From NCBI GenBank assembly GCA_951406725.2, contig OX597816.1:85746001-85810000 (forward strand): a DNA stretch of 64,000 nt, given 5' to 3'. The notes under the pieces are model-generated. The model had not been told where the DNA came from. It saw nothing but the letters and a program-made list of their open reading frames with translations, and did no database searches. The DNA is from Octopus vulgaris. Lineage: Eukaryota. This document shows positions 22,520-37,290 of the stretch, piece by piece (position 1 is the first letter of the stretch; the number at the start of each line of letters is the position of its first letter). Position numbers and translations under genes: made by a program.

Positions 22520-24210
22520 GTTCCCCGCATTTATTATTTTTAAACAAGAATACAATTGACAGCGTCTTCGAAATTTCGGTCTATGAAGCCATCGTCGGAC
22601 TGCAATGCATTGAAGCTAGTTTTGGCCTTCTATTGCCTGCGTTGAGCAAAAATCATCCTTGGATTTAAGCGTTTTAAGTTGTTATGTGGTATGTTATGAA
22701 GGGAGGTTTTGGAGTAATTTCATTGGTTGAATTTGGTGTAAAAATAATTGCTTACAATTTATTCCTGTTTGTAGAACTTTGTAAGCAGGTGTGAATATTG
22801 AGATGTGCCGCATTTGGTAGGTATATGAATTGTCAGTTGTTTTAGTTACTGTTGGCTTTATTGAATTTAATCTTTTAGTAATTGGGTGTGGAAAAGTACG
22901 TAAGTGGGTGTTATGTTTTAGCAACTCAATTTCATCAGTTGTTTTTGATATTTAGAGTAATTCTTGCTTTCATTTGCAAGGTGGAGTTTATTAGTCGGTG
23001 ATGTCATGGTGTTGTTAATATCAAAACTTATTTATCTGGTGCATTGATGTTCCCAAGAGGATGCCGGTAGATGTATACAAATATATATATTTCTATGTGC
23101 GCCTATAAACGTATATTAAAAACGCTTTTGTGTGTACTTTTGTTGGAAATAGAGTAACTTTTAGATCATTTCTGCAGATCTGAGTGTAAAACCTTCAAAA
23201 CATTTCCTTATGTACATTTCAGGATAGTTTATTGTGTAGGTAGATGGAGAGGAGTTGATGAGATATGCACATATTTAGTCATTAGAACCAATTACCTGTT
23301 TGAAATGCTTTAGAGTTTCTAAGATATTGTGTTTGCATGAAGAAACTAGTTCAGAGATTCGGTTCAGAATTTGGTCTATGAATGTGTAAATGTGGTAGGA
23401 TTCATTTGTACAAAGTTGAAAGGATTTGTTGTTACATTGGTTGCGCGTGTGTGAGTATTTTCCAGTTTATGCTACATGGTGGGCTTTTTATTTTAATGTT
23501 CATATATATTTGGATAATTATGTGCCATTTTTCCTCTTTAGGTTGCAAAACGTGTGTGTGTGTATGCTAGCAAGATCGAGGTATTGTACAATTGAAATAG
23601 TTATTATATTGGTGGGGTTCCGGCTTCTAATTTTAGCCAATTTCTGGTAGTTTTAATTGGCTAGAGTATGACAATTTTACCTTGTGATTGTTTATTAGGT
23701 TCAAGTACTTGTGATTGGAGGTGGAAATATTTTTGAGGTATTTAGAAAAATAATTTAGCTCTTGGTGTAGGGAATTGTAAATAAGTGGTGAGGATTACAA
23801 GATTTTCCTTTTTCTTTTCTTATACACTTTATTTACTATGGGAAGTTTGCTGTTTATACATCGCACCTTTTCCTAGTAACAGCTGTTACTGAGAACTTCC
23901 TTACATGAAGTTGTTTGGGTATTTGGTTAAGATAAATGTTCTTTACTATATTCTCGTTAATGCTTTTTGGGTGGTCGGGTGTTTTCTGTATATACTGAAC
24001 TTTTTCGTTGTCTTTCTCTTAGGGTTTATCGATACTGAATTCCAGATCGAGAGTAACATCTAGGAAGTTATCTGACTTTAGTTGTGTTTCTATTGCAATA
24101 GAGAATCCCAAGTTTTTGAAGTGTTGTATTTCCTTCCGAAACTTATCAGTTATTTTATATACATACTTTTTTTTAATATTTGGATTGCTTCCAAATTTCA
24201 TCAATTATTG
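22520..24210 (-). mobile_element. Decayed Penelope-like element (RT C-terminus to 3' end)
   Basis: ORF 24019-24204 reads FKNLGFSIAIET..NFLDVTLDL, typical of the PLE RT thumb region. A degenerate hammerhead core (ccgacga..gaaa) lies near 22570-22600. Confidence 0.55.
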
Positions 24211-26191
24211 CAATAGTAAACTTTAATCAAACTGAAATCAAACCCTAAAACTATACAACAACGATGACACATGATAGTAGTTTATATGGACCTAATTTCT
24301 TGATCAGAAAGGAAACCACATCTAGTTTTCATGTGTGTCAAAAATTATTTCAAAAGTTATTTTTAGCATAGGCAGGGTAATTGATATATGGCGAGAAGTG
24401 TTAGTTGGTTCAATCTACCTCAGTTTATGACTGGAATATTATTATCGACCCCAGAATGATGAAGGTTGATTGCGATATTGATAGAATCTCTACTCTAAAC
24501 GTAAAAATACAGATTTACATAACACACTGTTCAGTTGGAATCGTAACAGTCTCTTCGTTGTATTTATGACATAAGTGGATAATGTACATGCCTCATACTC
24601 TTTGATAGTATGGCTGGTTCATCAGAATATCTATCTCATCAATTCAGATTAATGCATCTTAGTTAAGTTTGTCAAATTAAACACTGTATTATTTACAGTA
24701 TTATTACTATGTGGGAAAATATGCTATTCCATGTTATTTTCGCTTATTTGTTCAATAAGTGATTTGAGTATATTATAACAAAATGATACTCTATGTATTA
24801 AAACTACTGTGCCGATGCTCTGACCATCCTGTAATTTTGAATACGACAGATCAATGTGCCACTTCTTTAATTAAACATTAAATTATATTTCAATGAATTT
24901 CTATTCTATCTATGGAACCTACTATTTTCGATAATACACACTAAAATATCTAACAGACCAAAATGAAATGTAGATGCTCGTATCCCTGATATCCAGTAAT
25001 ACTGGTAATTCAGTTTGTCAGAAATGTCATACACAATGACTTTCCCATTATATATTTCCTACGGAAATATATTTTCATTATTATTGTGAGAGTTCTGATG
25101 AAATCTAGAAGGTACTGGCATATGTCTTATTTATTTATTTGAATACACGGCATGTGACTTTGCAGCCTGTTTTTGTTTTACGAACAAGAAAATTGTTCGT
25201 ATATAAAATAAAACAAAATTATTCAAATAATGTTTCCTACGGGGTACATATTACATTGACTTAGTGTAACGTAACACGCAAAATAAAAATAAAAAAGCAT
25301 TACTCTATATTGTATTAAAATTTTAGATTCCATGCAGAAAAGAAAAATTATAAATATACGAAAGGAAATATAACAGCAGAAAGCGTATAATTAGGGAATA
25401 AAAGTTGAATATTCAATATCACTATCAGCGGAAATATTTTCATCCTCAGAATTTCTAGAGGAAACCTGAAACAAGTGTACATCACTTCCCTGGCTTTTAA
25501 CTTTTCTACTACATTTTCATTTTCTTTTGCATACCTTTAACGTTTTATTATAATGTACGATGAAATTTCTTTATTGTTAAAGGTTTCGATAAATTCTATG
25601 TTCATATAATACACATAGCCTATACATCATATCCATTTATTTATACGAATAACATTATAAATCCCGTTTGATGTTTAATGTTATATAATTTTAACATCGT
25701 CCAAAAACTATCATGTTCGATTTCAAACTGATGATGAATTGAGTTAATATATTTTACAGCCCAGAACATAAACATGGTTTATTACATGGTGTAAACATTA
25801 TGGCATAAGTGCCTCTTTTTTATGTATACCATATATTTGGATTACGGAATTGTCTTATATTTTCTAGAAGTAAGGGTGTTCCCGCAGCAATCCTAACCAT
25901 GAATTTGGATTGAATGATAGCCGAGGTAACACAAAGAAGGGCTTTGAAAGAAACTACACGGCTATATAAACAAGAGTGGGTATCCCTACGATTAAAAAAT
26001 AATCGTCTTTTTTTTAATACTGTAGAAAATGCATGTCGTAATCAGAAATGCAGCATGATATATGTGTACACTTGATGGGGAGCATTTCAGTTGTAAAGGT
26101 AGAAAATGTTGTAGGGTTTTTTTTTTCATATCAACATAATTGATGCAATAATAAATCTCTGAACGTGGTATAGACGGTAACTGCACGACAA

Positions 26192-26541
26192 TGTGAAGTA
26201 TATTTACCATCTAAATATGGCTAACCACTAAGAGTGGATGTTACTGTAGCTTGTAGTCCCAGGTGAACATATGTGCCCTATCCATATTTGCAAAGGGAGG
26301 TCATCTTTCCCTCGTCAACCTAAGTGATACGCACGGACTGCAGTTTCGAGGTATTTACCTCTTGTCAACGTACGGCAATCACTGCTTTTCGATGGAAGGG
26401 TCCCAATGCAAATATATATATCCTTTTCCCAGTGCCTTTTCATCACTGAACTTGAAAAAGTGTAAACAAGCGATAATAAATCTCTACAGTAACATCCACC
26501 CTTAGTGGTTAGCCATATTTAGATGGGAAATATACTTCACA
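26192..26541. repeat. Fold-back element (58-bp arms) with a degenerate hammerhead (26330-26374, -)
   Basis: Arms 26192-26249 and 26484-26541. Minus strand reads cgtacg-TTGACAA-gaggt aaat acctc-GAAA-ctgcag-TC-cgtgcg. Confidence 0.75.
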
Positions 26542-27547
26542 ACATAATTCACGTTTTCCCAAAGTCGATCTGATAGGCTATATTTTATGTTCATCGGCAT
26601 GCAACTCATTGGACTTTAAAAGTTACTATTAGTTTTTCAAGGAAAGAAAGAGTAAAATTATATTAGTAATACGATTGCTAATTTAATTTTATTAGCATTG
26701 ACTCAGAGAGACATATGAACCATTTTCGGATAGTAAAATAAAAGGGATTTTGAAATAAGTGAGGTCAACATCCAGTTAAAACAACATTTGCCTGAAGGCT
26801 TTTAAAGAAATCTGATTAGAAAAAGGATTAGGGTGGTATATAAGCAATGAGTGAAATCAATATGTTTGACAATATGACTGGCACATGACAAAGGTGAGTC
26901 AATTGAAAAGCTATACATTAACGGTGCAGATGTATTACTTTCACAGAAGAAGCAAGAAGATAGAACCGTTTTACATGTATACCGGCTAGAACTTCATGCA
27001 TGACTGAAATGTTAGCGTTTGTACCACACAGCCTTAGATATACAGCAGGTACATCAATGGAAGTTGTATTTGTGTTTCTTCAGATAAGTTATTGCACGGA
27101 GACGAGATATTTTGTAATACCGAAAACAGACCATAGTATTTGGTGGGTGGGTGGTGGTGGTGCAATGTTTATATAAGATATCATTATGCAAAACGTACTT
27201 ATCGAACAATTATCAGCTGGCTACTGACATATAAAAAGGTCAACATTTGACTGAAACAAAGGGATCGATATACGAATACGGGTGCATGAAACTAGCTGTC
27301 AAAAAACCTTTAGGGAGGGAGTGTACAAGAACACAACTAGTGTATAAGAAACAATACCTGCGACAAATATCTTCAGATCTCCAAACTTGGACGGTAAAGT
27401 TATGGAGATATCGATTGAATACAAATTCAGAACTCTGCTGTCCGAAACCCCATCAGTGAGTTAATCCACTGATTCCTTTCCAATATCTCCTTCAACTCCG
27501 GGCATTATGGCAATTCGAATGAGCTGTTTTTTCCGCAATGAAATATC

Positions 27548-27654
<107 letters not shown>

Positions 27655-30231
27655 ACACATTATAAACTCACCATCCCATGCCCTTCAGGTTTGTCCACAC
27701 GTAGCTCTGCCAAAGATAGTCACATATAAAATAAGGACAACGAAGTTTGAAGAAACATAAATAACGCTTAATTAGTACTGTAAATCGTTCTGCATACTAT
27801 CATTTGATCAGAAAATGATGGCTTTATGAACCACATAGAGCCCTATATTTCTTGCCTCCAAAACTCCCTTGCGAAACATGTCTTACCATATCTGAGGAGT
27901 AATGCTTTTATCAAATCCTCAGCTATAATCGCTGTGCAAGCAATGTTGCCATAAAAAAACCCTCGTTCACTATGAGGTACGATCAATTTCCATATTCGTT
28001 TGTCCAATGAGTTTTCCGTCGATTTCAGGAATAAGTACTAATTTGTTCGTAAGATTCTACGGATTATACCACGGAAACGCATACTTTTAATGTAACTATC
28101 AGATGGAACCAGTGATAATATGTAGCAAGAATCGATATTTGTGTCATAACTGAAGAGAGAAAGAGAGGAAGGAGGAGGAGGAGAGAGAGACTGTTTGCAA
28201 AACAGAGTGAAAGAAGAAGGAAACAGAGATCGACCCCAGTCCTAGACTAGTATTTTAGCTATAAACACTTAAATGAAGAAAGACAATTCTGGGTCTAAAT
28301 TCGAACTAACTACTGAAAGGTTGCATATACGTGCATGTAGAATCGACTTTCCTCAACATTCAGTTGCCTTGTCTCCATACCAGGAACAAAACTTTAATGG
28401 TACAGGGACTGATGCGACCCATTCCTCATACATATAACTTCATTTGTCGTCTCTACCCCAGTAAAAGCTTCTACAATACAGCTGAAGAGAAATTTTATCC
28501 TTCATCTTTCACGAAGAACATCTCGGTCATATCAAAAGTTATCGGGATATATAACGCTAAAGCTGCGTTGGCTTGAGTTTGTATTCTACAAATTTGCATC
28601 AGGTGCGGTAACATATTCTTTGAAAATCGGTACTTTCTGTAACAATTACTGTTAGCTGTAACTCATATGCTTGACTCTGGGACAAAAATACAGCACTGAA
28701 AAGTGCGACGATAATTACATAACAATTTTTTTTTTTTTTATAGGTAATGATTCCGTTTAGATGAACCGCATTATCAGCATTAAGCAAGTGAAGTTACCTC
28801 ATCAACTTCTGATGTGGGTTGTCAACCTATCTTGCCTGCAGTAAAACTATTATTGTATGAAATTTAGCACTATGATATCTGTATTATACTACGTTAAAGA
28901 TTGAAAATTAAATATAAAATGAAGGTACTGTTCAACTGGTTGGAAGTAATTGCAAACATTTTCTGGTAGCTTTATGGTGAAATTAATTAATTCGCATTGA
29001 TTTCATTTTTGTAACTTTATTTGATAACAATGTTATTAAATATTGTTTAGTTATTTGTTAAGACTTAACAATTTGCTTCATTTGATTTTTGTTGTTATAT
29101 TGTTTTTCTTTTTAAAATTTGTTGACAAAATAAATGATAGAGAGAAAATTGATATACTTTGTTTTATTTCCTCTCAAATGCATTCTTACATCAAATTTCG
29201 AATCATTTACAATGCAGAACATTATCTTTTTAATGCTATGTTAATTTTTCCTAAAATATTTATTATCATAAGTCAACTTGCTGCAGTATCGGTTATCATT
29301 TTATTTCAATGCCAATGTAATGAATGATATGATAAATATAAAATAAAACAATTTTAACTCTCTTAGTTAACTACGCAGTAGAATTCGGTGCTATTGAAAT
29401 GTCTTGAAATCGATTGAATTAAATCAATTTAATGTTTCTTGTTTTCCCTGAATTTATGGAAGTAAAGCTAAGCAATATACGACTTTATATAATAAAGTAC
29501 AAAACAAAAATTGTGTCGAAAATGATATTTTCAACTTAGCTCAACGAACCTAGCACTGCTTCCTGGTTTGTTACATACATGTAAGGGAGCATTACATAAA
29601 AGTTTCCGACGGATATTCTATATGCTTATTTGAGTTTCTTAACAAATGCTAAATGTATTTTAATCACCCTACCGTCAAAAACAGACAGACACACACAGAC
29701 GCACACAAAAGAGAAAGAAAAACATGAAGGTTACGACTGAGATTCATTTTATTATAGGTAAACTCAGTCAAGGCTGAAATGGAGCAATTCGACCATAGAA
29801 CCATAAACTTTATTTTATATATCCTAGTATATACAACAAAATGCTAATATGGTCGCAATACCGCCAAGCGAAAGGCTACACACACACACGCGCACAGGTT
29901 CATATGTATGTATGTAAGTATGTATGTATTGTGTGTTCAAGGACTGGGTGAGAAGTGATCCTTCCAAATTGTAGCTGATACGGTTTATTCAGGCTGAATT
30001 TTCATCTCCATACTCTTGTTAAATACCAGTGCTATCTTCAAACGAGATCTCTTTGAAATCCCTTCCGGTGAATTCACTGTAGATTTTGGTGCGTGCTGTC
30101 TTATGTTTGAGTTTCTTCATTGCCAAATGCAGTTGCCAAATGGGTACGGAATTTCTTATTCTTCCAAGGTCTATGTGTTAAAACATTGGTCTCTCTCTGT
30201 CTCTCTCTCTCTCTTCATATATATATATATC

Positions 30232-30565
30232 GGAGACCCCCTTCGGTCACGACACAGACCATGGGATTGCACCTAGAAAGTTACCCTCCTAGACACATGT
30301 CCGGGCGAGGTTGTTTATGGAAGACCAGCAGTTGCCCATGCATACCAGCGTCCCCTCTCCACGCCACCAGTGTTATCCAAGGGAAAGACAAAGGTCGATA
30401 CAGCTTGGCACCCGTAACGTCGCAACTCATTTCTACAGCTGAGTGAACTGGAGCAACGTGAAATAAAGTGCCTTGCTCAAGAACACAACACGCAGCCCGG
30501 TCCGGGATTCGAGCTCACAACCTCACGATCGTAAGATCGACGCTCAAACCACTGAGCCATGCGCC

Positions 30566-30568
<3 letters not shown>
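30232..30568 (-). mobile_element. Full-length tRNA-derived SINE
   Basis: Minus strand has A-box tggctcagtgg, B-box-like agctcgaatcc and a conserved core gtgttcttgagcaaggcacttta...ttcactcagctgtagaaatgag. Embedded in (TA)n. Confidence 0.8.
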
Positions 30569-30658
<90 letters not shown>

Positions 30659-31076
30659 ATACACACACATACGAGCACACACACAAACACAGACACACAC
30701 ACACACACATATATATATACCAGTTGAATAAACTTACAGCATAGTCTGGTTTTCACGTTTTTTACTATTGTATTTTTAAAACAAAATTTTACAACGTGCA
30801 AGTGTGTTAAACATTAAAAAATATTTAGAAATACTCATAAATGTCAATTAGCGCTTTTATACCTTCGTAGTAATCATCAGATTTTAAAATCTTCTGCTTC
30901 AATGTTGAGTCAAGTTCTTGACAAACCGTGACATTTATGCTACATTGGTTAAAACCGTATTCAAAAAATTCAAGAAGGTATAAAAAGGAAAAAGTCAGTA
31001 ATTTTACTACAGTTTTCAAGGTCTCAACTCATATATTATTCTGTGCAAATTTGCACGAAGTCGGCAAAACACACAC

Positions 31077-31115
<39 letters not shown>

Positions 31116-31377
31116 TACACACACACACGCACACACGCACACACACACACACATACACACACACACACAAACACACACATACAAACACACACACACATAT
31201 ATATATATATACATATTCTACCTTGCGATAGAACTTTTCCATAGATATCAACATAACTTTCTCACAGATGAAGTCTGTAACTTTTGAAAATGTAACTCCC
31301 CTACCACCGAAAATGTCACATCATATTCAGGCCTCGAATGAATCTATAGGATGTTATCTTAGTACTCAACTTAATTC

Positions 31378-31453
<76 letters not shown>

Positions 31454-31515
31454 CGTATATATATACATATAGATAGATAGATAGATAGATAGATACATCG
31501 ATAGATAAATAATGT

Positions 31516-34268
31516 TGCATAGTGAAATGTATGTACAATCATCCCGCAAAAAAGTAGTAGTAACCAGCCATTATAAATATACTAGTAGCAGGTCGACAGA
31601 TAAAATGTTAGGAAGATCTGAAGTACGTGTAGACTGTGTTGATAGTCGTGTCTGTGCTGACATACTGTGATACTGAGTGGACGTTATAATGATCCAATAT
31701 TTTGAGGATAATACCACTGTACGACTGCAGGTCGTACAGTGCCAGATAGAAGCATTCTATCGACGTCTTCGAAATATAAAAATACCTGTCAGAGCGACAA
31801 CCGTCATCAAAAGACAGATAAAACACGCTTTGTAAGAGTGGCGACAAGGTAAAATATATTTACGCGTAGTAAAAAAATATTAAAACGTAGAAAACAAAGT
31901 GATGAAACGTTGGGGGTTTAAGCTAATTCACGTGGAAATTTAAGTACCTCGACAAAAAAGTAGCAAAAATGTTGTTGAGCAAACTTACGAAAATCGTAAA
32001 ATATGGAAGACTTTTTAGCTGGGATAGCTGAGTTGCAAAAATAGCGACATCAACTCGAGGAAGAACGAGAACAACAAGGATTGCAACAGCAAATGTTACA
32101 AATAATGAAGTTTATAAACAAACCGGATAATACATTTTCATCCGACCATGTAGCAGATACCATAAGCGGCTTCAAATATGGCTCCGAAGAAGGGGTCGTA
32201 GATTTTTGAAAAAGAATATCAGGATTAGACGGACGAAAATAAACGCGTCTGGTTTTAAGGAAGCTAGCAATCGCAGAGCATAAGAAGTGTAGTAACTTCA
32301 TATTGCCAAAAAAAGCGTCCAACATAAATTTCATCGAGACAGTTGATATTTCGTGCAAAATTTTTAGTGAAAAGGAGCTCACTGTTTAATACTACATGGA
32401 ACTGTATAAAAATAGAAAAGAGCGAAAATAAAGACTTCACTAATTACACAGGAAGAGTCAACAAAGAATGTGAGAGATTTAAGCAAGATATATTTACTCA
32501 AGATTTTTTTTTAAAGTTTGATTATCGCACAAGGATGGAGAGATAGAAGGGATGCAGAAATCCGAACGGATATTCTATCAGACTTGGAAACGAACCAGGA
32601 TTTGATATTGCAGAAACTGTCGCAAGATTGTGATAAGATATTAAAATTAAGGCATGATACGAAAGAAATTCAATGGAAGACAAATAAAGCATTCCAAGAA
32701 AAAAAAAATATCGGGATGAAGACCCATGTATGGCATGTGGTGGGGTGCACTTGAAAAACGATTGCCCGTGTAAAAAAGCTAAGTGTTTTCGCTGTGGATT
32801 TACAGGTCATATGAATTTGTAAAACTAGAATGGTACAAAAATGAAACAAAATAAAAATAATAATTTGTCAGCAGGAAAAGTTGTGACTACAACAAACAGA
32901 AAAAATCGTGAATACGAGAATTGAAAACACTAGTCTCAGAATACTGACCAAGCATTGGCAAGGAAGTTGAAAACCTGATAAAAAGTTGCAGCGGATATGC
33001 GCTGGCGGCGAAACTACCTACTTCAAAATGTGAATCTTGACCGGAAGTGAAAATAGCATGATCCCGATTGCACATCTACTTTGCAGGCCCGGTAAATAAA
33101 TATTATTACTTAATAGTAGTGGACAGCTACACAAAAGGACCTGAAGTCACGATCTGTAAACGACCCACCTCATATAAGGTAATAAACTTCTTACACGAGC
33201 TGATGCAAGAATTGATGTACCAGATATAATTACCTCTGATAACGGAACACAGTCTGTATACTGTGAGTTTAAAAGATTCTGGGAGATGTTCACGTTATAA
33301 CATAATACTACAGCACCGTACCAGCGTAGGTCGAATGGAAGGGCCGAACGGTGCGTGTTCACTTTTAAGAGGGCTTTAAAGAAAGTTAATAAAGAGGCCA
33401 CGGAAGAGGTTGCGATCCAACAATTCTTAAGGGCATACAAGGTAACCCGAACCTAAATGCGCCAGACGGAAGTTCACCAACAGAAATAAAGTTTGCCAGA
33501 AAGGTGAAGTTAGTATTCGATAAAGTGTTATCAGTGAAGACAAATATATGTACTAGTAGAGGAATGCCAAAATTGTTTAAAATCGGTGATAATGTATATG
33601 TAAGAATGTACATAAATGGCAAGCAATACTGGGAAGAAGGAGAAATCGTAACGTAAATAGGAAGAATGATGTAGGATGTAAGAAGCAAAAATGGAATGGA
33701 AATGTGACATATAAATCAGCTTAAGGAAAGAGTCATAGAAAAGGAACCAACAAGAGTAGGAATACTGATGGATTCCGACACCGTTACAAGAAGACGAAAC
33801 CACACTACAAGGAAAAGGAAGAATACTGAATTCCTAAAACTAGAGCCTAAGAAGAAGTGATATTTAATAAGAGAAGAGGTGGGGTGAATAAAAGAAACTG
33901 ATTGATAAATAAAAAAAAAATATATGGGAGATGTATAGTGAAATTGTAAACCTCTCCCGGTAAAAAGTGGTAGTAGCCAGCCATTATAAATAGACCAGTA
34001 GCCAGTCGATAGCAAAAGTTCAAGAAGATCAGAAGTACGTGTAAACTCTGTTCGTACTCGTGTTTGGGCTGATATATATTGTACTGTGATACTGAGTGAA
34101 TGTTACAACGATCCAACTTTTTGAGGATAATAACACTGTACGACTTGGAATGGTACAGTGCCAGATAGAGTCATTCTATCGATGATATCGGAATATAACA
34201 ATATCTGTGAGAGCGACAACTGTCGTCAAAAGACAGATACAATAATGGCAAAAGACCGCTTTACAACA
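31516..34268 (+). mobile_element. Internally deleted, decayed Ty3/Gypsy LTR retrotransposon
   Basis: Diverged LTRs at about 31516-31835 and 33932-34268. PBS-like tggcgacaagg at 31839 and a purine tract before 33932. Gag knuckles CMACGGVH..C and CFRCGFTGH near 32725-32815. Integrase motifs RLHIYFAGP, VVDSYTK, SDNGTQ and SNGRAER at 33060-33380. No RT is recognisable. Confidence 0.85.
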
Positions 34269-35069
34269 TACGTATATAGCGAGAGTATAGTATTCAATAT
34301 ACCCACAACTAAATGAAGGGCGAATGCTGATATTGATCAGTGATGTAGTTGTGGTTGTAGTTATTTTGACTGAAAGAAAATGCAGGAAATTTCTTTTCCC
34401 CAGTGAATATCAAATAAAAGTCTCATTAAATGTTCTCTATTCGTTATATATTTTACTCTCATTTCAGTAGACAATAATAACAACAAAGAGAACAAAGAAC
34501 AGAGCATTATTTGTAACCTTGGTCTTAGGCTTCATTGTATTAACATTATCTTAACATATCGATGCATAGATGATGGAAGATATCTCACAGCGGGTCTGTC
34601 TCAATTCAAGCAACCAAAGTAACGAAAAAAATTTAATAAAACATGTAATTATATGATGGTTTTAATATAATTACCACATCGGTAAGTAATATTAAATATC
34701 TATTTACATTGGTAAGTAATATTAAACATTTATTTTGTATAAGCACACGGCTATTTTACTCAAATGACAGCCGATGAAATTACCTAACTAGCTATCTTTC
34801 TATCTAGCAAGCTAGCTTATATATGCAGTAATCCCTCGACTAGCGCGCTTGGTACGTTTCAAAACAGCCCGCGGTAGGTAAAAATCCGTGAAAGAGTACT
34901 GTATATTTCTTTTATTATTTTTATAATTTGTGTATATTAATTTTATTATAAATGCACAACACCACGGAGGAATCGACGTAAGCTTAAATGATAAACCACG
35001 AGAGATGAACCGCAATATGGCGGGTGATTACTATATGTGTGTGTGTGTGTGTGTAGTTAAGGACTTGTA

Positions 35070-35111
<42 letters not shown>

Positions 35112-35238
35112 AACCAAGGCTTGAGGTGTAGGAAGAAAGTTGGCTACAAGCAAACAGTAGTAGAGAAAAAAAAACAATTTTTAAGGGCAATAATCGTTTA
35201 TTGAGACGGAACGTGGTGGATTTGATTCTTATCGTGCG

Positions 35239-35298
<60 letters not shown>

Positions 35299-36279
35299 GG
35301 CGAACTGTGATCATGACTAAACATCACTACCGGTTGTACATCTCCATAATTAAGAACTCTTTCTCCCACTCTTGTTTCACGAAATCACGATTTATTTATC
35401 TATTTTTCTTCCTCTCTCTCTATATTTTTTGTCATGGATAAAGCATAAGCGAGTAAACAACATGCAAATCCGATTGTTCAGTGGATTGTAAATCGAGATT
35501 CGGATATTGACAACAATCCAATTATTCCAAAGGTGGGATTTGCGCAAAAAAACGAAAAGTTGAGACAAATTACTACAAGGCGTTCAGTGCTGTCTAATCA
35601 TTCTACTGGCAAATCACCAGCTTGCATACGGTGTTATTTTATCGACGCAGCGTTTATATGAACGCGATTTGAACTCAGGTGCAGTGAGTCAGAAAAAAAC
35701 ACATCATGCTTTTCTATCCAGATCGACCGATAGTTGTTTTTTCGTACAGGTAGGGAATGTTGTTTTAGTTGCTGTTGTATAGCTCTCCTTAAAATCTGAT
35801 ACCAGATATTCCAGTAGTCGTTATCGACTTCATTTTCTTATGTAAGCTATAGACTACAATCATGATATGACCTTCCATGATTAAAAGAGAAATTCCCCAA
35901 GGAATTCGTTTCTATTTCTAGTTGGGCGAACGGTTATGTAGATGCACAGAAGTTAATCAGATGGTTGGCTGAGTTTAACACATTATATGCTCGTATATTC
36001 TATTTTTTCGCCCGTTCCGCAAATAAATATAACTGTCACATTCCAATATATACATATATATACATATCCATCCAACTTCGAGGCCACAAGAAAGGTGGGG
36101 TATTGATTATTCACGGAGAATAAACTTTATATTCTGTGGCACTTCCTTATGGTGCATTCTATAAGGTTTAATAGTTTTTAAGAGTCAGTTACAACTGTTC
36201 TATACTACTGATAATTTTAGTATATCATTAGTGTACAACTAATAAACTGACCTGCTCTCTTCTTTCTTATTTTAGACTG

Positions 36280-37290
36280 AAAGAAATGGCAGTAACATCA
36301 CTTTGAACACACCCTCTAAACACTGACTATCACAGAATGCAGTCGGGACGTTTAGACAATTTCGAAAAGTGTTTAGAGCTAAACAAGACAAAAACTTGCC
36401 GTTGGATGTATTAGTATGGTTCAGGATGTTCAAGGGCGGTATAAAGGTGGTAGGAGACGATGAGACATGTGGGTAGGAGAGAGAGAAACTCTAAGAGCTC
36501 AGAACCGGTTGAGGAAAATTCCCAATTTTCAGGATTAAGACCGTCGTGTGTCTCTAAGGTCAATAAGCATAAATTTTGGTGTTGCTCTGGCAATTGTACA
36601 CAGAATTCGCAAAATTTGTCCAACGTTTGTTCTGAAGGTGCTTAGTGATGAACAGAATAAAAGACGCATTGGTTACAGCAGGGAGATGTTTGAGGTCCAA
36701 TACAAGAGTAATTCAATCTCTAGTGACATGTAAAAAATCTGGATCTACTGTTATTATCACAAGCCAAAATGCAGTCCACCGGAGAGTTCATGATCATCCC
36801 ATTTTTCGACAGCAAGGGTATCATCTACATGCAGTGTGATTCCTCTGGCTTGCCAGTCAATTGCGAGGAAGACCTTTCGTCAGATGAGGCCAGTGCTCAT
36901 CCACTCGCGTCGGTGGCTACTGAGCCAGAGCAATTCACATGTCCACAATTCCATCTTGGCAACTAACCACTTCAGTGCTGACCATCAAAACTGTCCCTCA
37001 CTCACCCTAGTCTCCACAGTTTGCTGCTTGTGATTTTGTTTGTTCCCTAAGCAGTAGAAGAACCTCAGGCATAATCGTTTGAAGACAGACGAAGGTGTTT
37101 GTGAAGGGATATTAGACACCTTCACATCAAAGAACTTCCATAAGTTCCTTCTCGAAATGGCTGAAGCGATTCAACAAGTGCTATGAAATCAGAGTTGGGG
37201 GACCCTATCTTGAAAAAGATTAGAGTTCTTAATTCTTTGAAATTGATAAAGTCTCTCTTGAACTTGTCTCAATTTCTTCTGAAATGCAAC
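36280..37290 (+). mobile_element. Highly decayed mariner transposase remnant
   Basis: Fragments MIIPFFDSKGIIY, PHSP*SP..A.CDF and KW.KRFNKC appear in mariner order. Confidence 0.6.
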
